From Candidatus Saccharimonadota bacterium (lineage in GTDB: Bacteria > Patescibacteriota > Patescibacteriia > 2-12-FULL-60-25), in contig CP064964.1 in the NCBI GenBank assembly GCA_016699205.1, positions 570,001 through 602,000 on the forward strand: a DNA stretch of 32,000 nucleotides, read 5' to 3'. Both the position numbers and the translations under genes were made by a program. The notes under the pieces are model-generated. The model was not told where the DNA came from, ran no database searches, and was given only the letters and a program-made list of their open reading frames with translations. Shown one piece after another: positions 16,891-22,921 of the stretch. Each line of letters opens with the position of its first letter. Within the stretch, counting starts at the first letter, position 1.

Positions 16891-18267
16891 CTAGCGCGAC
16901 AGCGTCTGCGTCTGAGTGAGGTCCTCGATGTAGAGGCCGTCGGTCCAGTCGCGGGAGCCGCCGCAGCAGCCGTAGAAGTCGGAGTGCGGGACCTCCGAGA
17001 GATCGGACCAGATGAATCCGGCAGCGATCGGAGGAACCGTGCCGGCCGAACCCCACGGGCTCACGTCGAGCGCCGAGTGGATCGGATCGTCGAGCAGGTA
17101 GCCCGTCGAGCCGTTCAACGTGCGGTGGAACGTGAGAGAGATTGTGTCACCCGCGTGCACATCGCTCGGCACAGCCTGCAGGGTGTAGGAGCTGCCACTC
17201 CCAGTCACCGTCTCACCGTCGTCGTGGAAGACGATGATGAGGCGGTGTGAGACGCCGCTCGAGAACGAGATGGCGCCGGCCTCGAGGTTGTTGGCGTACT
17301 CGTCGACGATGTCGTAGTCCGCGGTGTTCATCAGGGTCGAGCCCCGACGGAGACCGAAGCCCGAGAACGTCAGGTCGCCGCTCGAGATCGCGGTGAACGC
17401 GATCGAGTGGAACGAGACCGAACCCGCTGAGTCGGCAGAGACCTGGAACCGGTAGAGGTCCTGGCTCGAGCCGTCGGCGAGCGTCGTCGTTGAGAGCGAC
17501 TGACGCGTGACCGTTGGCTTGGTGCGTCGGACCACGAACTCGTTCCCGTACATGGGATCGAAGTGCGTACTCTCGACGGTGCTTCCGATGCGATACTCGA
17601 TGCCGTAGGCACCGAGGCGGAAACGGTCGCCAGAGTTGCACACGCCGACCGTTGCTCCGCTCACGGATGCCGACGACTGGACGTTTGCAACCCGCACCCA
17701 GATCTGGAAGTAGCCGTAACCGTCTGTGCCGACACTGATCGGTGAGCCGGTGATGTCGATGCGCGTGTACGAGGAGCCAGCACCGGACGGGAACGTTCCC
17801 GATCCGCGAATGACTCCTTCGGAAGCGATCGACACCTGGGTCAGGTCGCCGTAGTCGCCATCGAGCATGACGTTGACGCCTTCGAGCGAAGCGATGGAAC
17901 CATCACTCGCGCGGAAGCGGTAGCTCGCGACGTTTTGCCAGACATCGGGTCCGGCGACGAGGATCGTCGACTGCCGCATGGTGTGCGGCTCGATGATGAT
18001 CGCGGGGCCGATCGCTGCGTCGGCCTCGACGATGACGGCGCTGTCGCTGCCCGCGTCGGGCGTGGGCAGCGGTGCCGCGTCGCTTGCGACGTACATGCCC
18101 GCATCCCCCATCGGGATACCGGCGTCGCCCATCAGCATCGGCCTTGCGCCGGAATCGAGCTCAGCTCGACTGCTGTCGCTTCCGCCGAAGATGATGTTGA
18201 TGGTGGTGCAGCCGTTCATCGCCATGAGGGCGACGAGGGCGAGCGCGATCTGCTTGATGCTGTTCAA
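16891..18267 (-). CDS. Array cistron A06: lipoprotein; N-terminus like A07, C-terminus like A17
   Basis: GGAGG lies 4 nt upstream of TTG 18267, at the position homologous to the A07 ATG. Signal peptide (M)NSIKQIALALVALMAMNGC with a DAAPLPTPDAGSD linker. C-terminal ...FIWSDLSEVPH...GGSRDW.... 458 aa, TAG stop. The 212-codon upstream extension of the tracked ORF is rejected. Confidence 0.7.
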   Translation of the reverse strand: MNSIKQIALALVALMAMNGCTTINIIFGGSDSSRAELDSGARPMLMGDAGIPMGDAGMYVASDAAPLPTPDAGSDSAVIVEADAAIGPAIIIEPHTMRQSTILVAGPDVWQNVASYRFRASDGSIASLEGVNVMLDGDYGDLTQVSIASEGVIRGSGTFPSGAGSSYTRIDITGSPISVGTDGYGYFQIWVRVANVQSSASVSGATVGVCNSGDRFRLGAYGIEYRIGSTVESTHFDPMYGNEFVVRRTKPTVTRQSLSTTTLADGSSQDLYRFQVSADSAGSVSFHSIAFTAISSGDLTFSGFGLRRGSTLMNTADYDIVDEYANNLEAGAISFSSGVSHRLIIVFHDDGETVTGSGSSYTLQAVPSDVHAGDTISLTFHRTLNGSTGYLLDDPIHSALDVSPWGSAGTVPPIAAGFIWSDLSEVPHSDFYGCCGGSRDWTDGLYIEDLTQTQTLSR

Positions 18268-18392
18268 GGAGCCTCCGAATTTGTTGTGAGTTGTTGCTGT
18301 TCTTTCATCGTTGATCCACGACCGAGTCGCGGATCCAAGAGAAAGCCCATGAGAAGATTTTGTTTCGGTCCATGGGTAGACCGTCGGATGCA
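18268..18392 (-). repeat. Intercistronic element IE5, diverged family C
   Basis: Core 18335-18376 (CCAAGAGAAAGCCCATGAGAAGATTTTGTTTCGGTCCATGGG) resembles 19683-19725. Hairpin 2 is GATCCGCGAC-UCG-GUCGUGGAUC in mRNA sense. Confidence 0.6.
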
Positions 18393-18830
18393 TCACTGCA
18401 TCCTGTCGTGGAATGGGAGCGGGAGCTTGCGCTCGACGGGGCGGATGACGCTGGCGAGCGATTCCCGCTGGCGCTCGAGCTTGTCGTCGAACGAATCGCA
18501 CTCCTTCCACGCGGCGCGGGCCTTGTAGATGAAGCGGATGCCGATCGACGTGAACATCACCCCAAAGGTGAAGACCACGCCGACAGGAAGGAAGTCGGGC
18601 ACGCGCGGCGCGATCACGTAGACCGCGTTGACGCAGAGGGCGAGTCCGATCGAGCTCACGACGACCGCGAGCAGCAAGTACGCGATCACCGCGTCGAGCT
18701 GGCGTCCGCGGAGCACCACGAGCTTTTCGTTGCGCTTCTGCGGCTCGGGCTCGGGGACGTGGCGGACCACGCGACGGTTGCGGTAGACGGCGAGGTCGAT
18801 GGGGCGACGAGCGAGCGGGCTGTTGTTCAA
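18393..18830 (-). CDS. Array cistron A05: membrane protein (two central TM helices)
   Basis: GGAGG lies 7 nt upstream of TTG 18830. 145 aa, TGA stop. No family recognised. Confidence 0.6.
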   Translation of the reverse strand: MNNSPLARRPIDLAVYRNRRVVRHVPEPEPQKRNEKLVVLRGRQLDAVIAYLLLAVVVSSIGLALCVNAVYVIAPRVPDFLPVGVVFTFGVMFTSIGIRFIYKARAAWKECDSFDDKLERQRESLASVIRPVERKLPLPFHDRMQ

Positions 18831-18935
18831 ATGATTGCCTCCGGCTTAGGTCCGCGACGAGAGTGTCGTGGAGCCAAGGGGAGGTTCGTGCCGCTGGTTT
18901 CACCCAGACGGTCGAACGGGAGAGGGAAGGTGCAG
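18831..18935 (-). repeat. Intercistronic element IE4, family D
   Basis: Core 18874-18911 is homologous to 10626-10663 (hairpin CCGCTGG-TTTCAC-CCAGACGG). The SD context is CCUAAGCCGGAGG. Confidence 0.7.
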
Positions 18936-19268
18936 CTATCGTCTCTTCTTGTAGATCTCACAGAGGCTGCGGGTGCTGTAGTACAGGATCTGGCAGCTCA
19001 CCGCCGCGATGTGTACGGCCACATACGCTACCGCGAGATAGAGAGGTATCTCCGGATTGATTCCGTCGACCTTGAAGCCCAGGAAGAAGAACCAAAGGCC
19101 GCATGCACCCATCCCCGCTCGCAACAGATGTGCGACGTGAGCCGTTTCCGTCGCGTTCCGATCGTACTTCTGCTCGTGGCGGAAGTACTTGCGAAGACCA
19201 TCGATGTTCATGAACAGTCCGAGGATCGCGCAGACGGTGAGCAGTGCGTAGAAGATCACCTGGTTCAT
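18936..19268 (-). CDS. Array cistron A04: small polytopic membrane protein
   Basis: GGAGG lies 6 nt upstream of ATG 19268. 110 aa with about three hydrophobic helices. TAG stop. Confidence 0.7.
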   Translation of the reverse strand: MNQVIFYALLTVCAILGLFMNIDGLRKYFRHEQKYDRNATETAHVAHLLRAGMGACGLWFFFLGFKVDGINPEIPLYLAVAYVAVHIAAVSCQILYYSTRSLCEIYKKRR

Positions 19269-19380
19269 TCTGTGCCTCCGGCTTAGGTCCACCACAATGT
19301 GTGATGGAGCCAAGAAGAGGGCGGCCTGCGTCAAGACGAGTGACGGGGACCGCGGCTTCAGAGGTTAAGAAGGGAAGGAG
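19269..19380 (-). repeat. Intercistronic element IE3, diverged family A with hairpin H3
   Basis: Core 19307-19358 (GAGCCAAGAAGAGGGCGGCCTGCGTCAAGACGAGTGACGGGGACCGCGGCTT). H3 at 19290-19306. The TAG stop sits in GAAGGGAAGGAGCTAG. Confidence 0.7.
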
Positions 19381-19626
19381 CTAGCGATAGCGTGAAGTGC
19401 TCGGTGGAGAATAGTCGATGCTGATGAAGTTCTTGGCGCCGGTGTTGAACCAGCGCAAGTTCTTGCTCTGATAGTCCTCCGGGACCCCGCAGTTTTCTCG
19501 GGTGACACGGAGACAGATCATGCTCTCGTTGACCTCCATGAGCTCACCGCGAATATGCGAGGCTCTAACTTCTTCGTTTCGCAACTGGGCGACAGTCACG
19601 ATCTTTCCGATCAAATCTTTGAGCAT
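19381..19626 (-). CDS. Array cistron A03: small hypothetical protein
   Basis: GGAGG lies 6 nt upstream of ATG 19626. 81 aa, TAG stop. No family recognised. Confidence 0.65.
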   Translation of the reverse strand: MLKDLIGKIVTVAQLRNEEVRASHIRGELMEVNESMICLRVTRENCGVPEDYQSKNLRWFNTGAKNFISIDYSPPSTSRYR

Positions 19627-19741
19627 CGTATGCCTCCAGCTTTGGCCTCCGACCTCTCGCGATGTTGCGAGGTTGGTCAGAAGTCCAAGAAGAGTCCCCT
19701 GAGAAGTTTTTGTTTGGTGCAGGGGCACACCGTGAAAGGAG
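19627..19741 (-). repeat. Intercistronic element IE2, family C with hairpin H1
   Basis: Almost the whole spacer matches 20162-20274. Core 19683-19725 (hairpin CCCCTG...CAGGGG), H1 19645-19678. Confidence 0.85.
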
Positions 19742-20161
19742 CTAGAGGATCACGCGAAGCGGGAGGTTGGCCTCCTTCACGCGCTCGGCGACTCCCGGGT
19801 AGGAGTACTGGCCTCCGTCGGAGAAGCTCTCGAGCTGTAGCCCGAGCGGCTTCAGGTCGTGAGCGACGAGCATCGTGTTCAGACGCTCGAAGGACTGCTC
19901 GCCGTCGTCGGCGTCTCGCCAGAGCGCGCGGCCATCGGCCTCGGCCTTGGTCAGCGCGTCGACGATCTTGCCGTGGACCGCTTGGCCTTCGGCGTCGTTC
20001 TTGTAGAACCACTTCACCTCGTTGTACTTGCCCGAGGGATCGAAGGCGTGCTGGCGCCGACAGCCGAAGTAGAACAGGCCGGTCGCGAGATCGCTCTCGG
20101 TGACGATGCCATCGCGGAGCGCACGCAGAAGCGCAGTGAACGAAACGAAGAGTGCGGTCAT
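19742..20161 (-). CDS. Array cistron A02: hypothetical soluble protein
   Basis: GGAGG lies 6 nt upstream of ATG 20161. 139 aa, TAG stop. No family recognised. Confidence 0.7.
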   Translation of the reverse strand: MTALFVSFTALLRALRDGIVTESDLATGLFYFGCRRQHAFDPSGKYNEVKWFYKNDAEGQAVHGKIVDALTKAEADGRALWRDADDGEQSFERLNTMLVAHDLKPLGLQLESFSDGGQYSYPGVAERVKEANLPLRVIL

Positions 20162-20274
20162 GAGAACCTCCACCTTTGACCTCCGACCTCTCGCGATGTT
20201 GCGAGGTTGGTCAGAAGTCCAAGAAGAGTCCCCTGAGAAGTTTTTTGTTTGGTGCAGGGGCACACCGTTGAAGA
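20162..20274 (-). repeat. Intercistronic element IE1, family C with hairpin H1
   Basis: Core 20217-20260, H1 20178-20212. It is a near-duplicate of IE2. Confidence 0.85.
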
Positions 20275-20481
20275 TCAGTTGTAGAGGACGAGCACGCCGG
20301 GCTCGACGGTGATGGTGACGCCGTCTTCCACGTAGCTCGAGGCCTCGCCGATCAGGTAGACCTCGGGGGCGCGGACGGTCTTGTCCGTGTCGGCGAGGGC
20401 GGTGCTGGTGCAGCCGGAGATGTTGGCGGTGATGGGGGCGAAGGCGATGAGGGCGAGGATGAGGCGGATGGTCTGGTTCAC
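20275..20481 (-). CDS. Array cistron A01: small lipoprotein
   Basis: AAGGAG lies 6 nt upstream of GTG 20481. Signal peptide (M)NQTIRLILALIAFAPITANISGC. 68 aa, TGA stop. Confidence 0.65.
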   Translation of the reverse strand: MNQTIRLILALIAFAPITANISGCTSTALADTDKTVRAPEVYLIGEASSYVEDGVTITVEPGVLVLYN

Positions 20482-20609
20482 AGGGAGCTCCTTGGTTTTC
20501 AGCCACGACCGAAATGGTCATGGACAGACTAAAACCAGCCCGTGGTCGCGGACTGGCTTGAGTCTTTTATTGTGAAATGGCGACCAACCCATTCCTTTAC
20601 TGACCATAT

Positions 20610-20638
20610 AATATAGCACAATAAGTCCTTTTTGTCAA
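20610..20638 (-). promoter_or_regulatory. Near-consensus sigma70-type promoter driving the array
   Basis: On the minus strand, TTGACA (rc of 20633-20638), a 17-nt spacer ending TGC, then TATATT (rc of 20610-20615). The predicted TSS at ~20603 gives a ~120-nt leader. Confidence 0.65.
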
Positions 20639-20659
20639 GCAAAGTGAACATTATTATTG

Positions 20660-20760
20660 GCTAAGGTTAGCGGATATTACTAACGATTGTTAGCGGTTTT
20701 TTACAGAATATTCTGTTAAAGAACTGACATCGCTAATATTAGCCAATGGCTAGGGTTAGC
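20660..20760. promoter_or_regulatory. Cluster of four TTAGC-type palindromic operator-like sites plus CAGAATATTCTG
   Basis: GCTAA-GG-TTAGC 20660-20671, CTAAC-GATT-GTTAG 20680-20693, GCTAAT-ATTAGC 20732-20743 and GCTAG-GG-TTAGC 20749-20760. The perfect palindrome CAGAATATTCTG lies at 20704-20715. Confidence 0.45.
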
Positions 20761-20765
20761 CATAA

Positions 20766-20851
20766 TCACGCAACATGGTCATAGTCATCAAGCTTTAGAT
20801 TCGTGTCTGAAGTGCGCTGCCTTTTTCATGTTGCGTGACTATGTTGCGTGA
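20766..20851. promoter_or_regulatory. Three copies of ATGTTGCGTGA (one inverted, two tandem)
   Basis: TCACGCAACAT at 20766-20776 (inverted). ATGTTGCGTGA at 20828-20838 and 20841-20851, just upstream of the pfkB-family gene. Confidence 0.4.
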
Positions 20852-20867
20852 TCATGAATTGCAAACG

Positions 20868-20876
20868 TGATAACAT
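20868..20876 (+). promoter_or_regulatory. Extended -10 (TGaTAACAT) giving a leaderless or near-leaderless kinase mRNA
   Basis: TG at 20868-20869 and TAACAT at 20871-20876, with ATG at 20885 (8 nt gap). There is no SD. Confidence 0.4.
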
Positions 20877-20884
20877 AGCCACAA

Positions 20885-21856
20885 ATGCCACATTTCGATG
20901 TGATAACCATCGGCTCGGCGACGCAGGATGTTTTTGTTAAAAGCGCTGGCTGGAAGGAACGACCTGATGGGTCGGCTCCGGATGGGATTGATGCCTGTAT
21001 TCCCCTTGGCTCCAAGCTCGGGATTGATGAGCTGGTTTTTGCGACTGGGGGCGGGGCGACAAATGCGGCTGTTACCTTTTCCCGCTTTGGGTTGAAGACC
21101 GCTTGCTTCTCACGCGTCGGGGTTGATGAAGTCGGAGACAGTATCGTGAGGCAGCTGAAGGCCGAGCGTATCGATACAACAGGAATCCAGCGCGACAAAG
21201 AACGGACAACGGCATATTCAATTATTCTTGTTTCTGGCGAGGGGTATCGCGGTATTTTGACGCATCGTGGAGCAGCAAGTCATTTGGATGTAAAACAATT
21301 TCCTTGGAATCGATCCGGGAAAATCGTGAATCGTCCGTACAAAGCCAAATGGATTTATCTGACATCGATCGGCGGAGATGTGAAGTCGCTCAAATCGATT
21401 TTTGATCATGCAAAAAAGATGGGCGCGCGCGTTGCGTGGAATCCGGGGAATGCGGAATTGGAACTTGGTCGTAAAAAATTATTACCGTTCTTGAAAGCGA
21501 CGGATGTTTTACTCGTGAATCGCGAGGAGGCGGCGATGCTTGCGCATGTGGCGCCAAGATTTTTGGATGATGCGATGAAAAAACTCGGAGAACTTCCGCG
21601 GCAAGCGCTCGTTATTACCGACGGAAAGAACGGCGCGTATGTCCGCGCGCATGGTGCAACTTTGTACTCACCAGCACTGCGCGGCAAGCGATTGAATACA
21701 ACCGGAGCCGGAGATGCGTTTGGAAGCGGCTTGGTTGGCGCTTTGGCCAAGGGATATTACCTGGATGATGCGCTGCGTGCCGGACTCTTGAATGCGATCG
21801 GGGTGGTGACGCATATGGGGGCAAAAGCCGGTATCTTAAAGAAATTTCCGCTGTAG
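20885..21856 (+). CDS. PfkB-family carbohydrate/nucleoside kinase (ribokinase-like)
   Basis: 323 aa with an N-terminal ...DVITIGSATQDVFV..., GGGATNAAV and a C-terminal TGAGDAFGSG anion-hole motif. Confidence 0.8.
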   Translation: MPHFDVITIGSATQDVFVKSAGWKERPDGSAPDGIDACIPLGSKLGIDELVFATGGGATNAAVTFSRFGLKTACFSRVGVDEVGDSIVRQLKAERIDTTGIQRDKERTTAYSIILVSGEGYRGILTHRGAASHLDVKQFPWNRSGKIVNRPYKAKWIYLTSIGGDVKSLKSIFDHAKKMGARVAWNPGNAELELGRKKLLPFLKATDVLLVNREEAAMLAHVAPRFLDDAMKKLGELPRQALVITDGKNGAYVRAHGATLYSPALRGKRLNTTGAGDAFGSGLVGALAKGYYLDDALRAGLLNAIGVVTHMGAKAGILKKFPL

Positions 21857-21857
21857 C

Positions 21858-22799
21858 ATGTTGAACATCAAGAATCTGAAACGCCTTTTGACGGAGAACC
21901 AGATCCTCGTGATCTTGATCGGCATCATTCTTGGGTTGGTCTTTCCGTCCCAGCTGACCGTGTTGAACACGTACTCGACACAGCTCCTCATTCTCGTTTT
22001 TTTCTTTTCCAGTCTTAGACTCTCTCTTGGTGAAGTTGTTTCCTACGCAAGAGACTGGCGCATGCTCGTCATCACAACGCTGTACATGCTTGTGATCATG
22101 CCGTTTGCGCTCTTCATTCCAACATCGTTTCTTTCACAAGAGTGGTCTGTCGCGCTTTTAATTCTTGGCGCGATGCCGACGGGAATGACGATTGCGCTGA
22201 TGGCGGAATTTTTTGGAGGTAAAACATCGCTCGCGCTCGTGATCACAACAGTGACTTCCCTTCTCGCTCCATTCACGATTCCGCTCGTTACAAAAATCGC
22301 GATTGGTCAGAGCGTTGAGATCGATACGCTTGGCATGTTCTGGTCATTGTCGCTCACGATTGTTGCGCCTTTTGTTTTGGCGATGCTTGTGAAGAGAGCG
22401 GTACCAAAACAGGTTGAGAAGCTGGATGGCTTGTGGCGCAATCTTTCTGTTGCGGCATTTGGTGTTTTGATTACGGGTATTGTCGCGAGCACGCAAGGTG
22501 GCGGAGGGATTACGTTTACGATGCGCGATGCTTGGATGATGGTTATTTCCATGGTTTTGCTTGGAGCGATGACTTGGGGTGGTTATTACATCGTTCAATG
22601 GCGTTCTTCTGCGGATCGGATGACGATTGCCCTGTGCATGCTGTACATGAATAACACGCTGGCGCTGTTCGTTGGCGAACGGTTTTTTAGAGATTTGGGT
22701 GTGGTTCCGAAGCAGGTTTTGCTGCTTTTGGTGGTGAATGCGTTGTTGCCGGTGCTAAAGTTAGCGACGATAAGGGTGTTGGGAACTAAGCGGGCCTGA
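21858..22799 (+). CDS. Bile acid:sodium symporter (BASS/SBF-like) family transporter
   Basis: 313 aa with ~9-10 hydrophobic helices. Size and motif layout (…GAMPTGMTIALMAEFFGG…TSLLAPFTIPL…) are typical of the family. The start lies 1 nt after the upstream stop. Confidence 0.65.
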   Translation: MLNIKNLKRLLTENQILVILIGIILGLVFPSQLTVLNTYSTQLLILVFFFSSLRLSLGEVVSYARDWRMLVITTLYMLVIMPFALFIPTSFLSQEWSVALLILGAMPTGMTIALMAEFFGGKTSLALVITTVTSLLAPFTIPLVTKIAIGQSVEIDTLGMFWSLSLTIVAPFVLAMLVKRAVPKQVEKLDGLWRNLSVAAFGVLITGIVASTQGGGGITFTMRDAWMMVISMVLLGAMTWGGYYIVQWRSSADRMTIALCMLYMNNTLALFVGERFFRDLGVVPKQVLLLLVVNALLPVLKLATIRVLGTKRA

Positions 22800-22906
22800 T
22801 CGTTCTCCCCTGACAAGGGGAGAAGACAGCCAGAAGGCTGGCGGAGGGGTCCGGACCCCCTGACCCACGCGTAGCGTGAGTCTGTCCCCCTTAGCAGGGT
22901 GACACG

Positions 22907-22915
22907 TGCTAAAAT
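22907..22915 (+). promoter_or_regulatory. Extended -10 (TGcTAAAAT) giving a leaderless dehydrogenase mRNA
   Basis: TGCTAAAAT at 22907-22915 with ATG at 22922 (6-nt gap). There is no SD. Confidence 0.45.
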
Positions 22916-22921
22916 ACCGCT

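Noticed and set aside
18268-18903. 212-codon N-terminal extension of the tracked 670-aa ORF (16891-18903)
   Set aside because: The extension is R/P/A-rich and runs through a conserved intercistronic element. It also overlaps cistron A05 in another frame. A TTG start at 18267 aligns exactly with the ATG, SD and signal peptide of paralogous A07.
9481-20274. Interpretation of the conserved spacers as integron attC sites or as a CRISPR array
   Set aside because: No R''/R' core pair (RYYYAAC...GTTRRRY) flanks the elements. The only GTTGAGT/ACTCAAC match is the short stem of family B. No intI is present in the window. Unit lengths (0.25-1.8 kb, protein-coding) and heterogeneous repeats are incompatible with CRISPR. 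The cassette analogy is kept only as an analogy.
7600-20900. GC mosaic as a simple chimeric mis-assembly
   Set aside because: A chimera gives one junction. Here GC-rich and mid-GC segments alternate several times (4.4-5.9 kb, 7.7-20.5 kb, 23.95-24.85 kb, 29.9-30.4 kb). Promoters and terminators sit cleanly at the borders, and the array promoter lies in AT-rich DNA. This still needs read-level confirmation.
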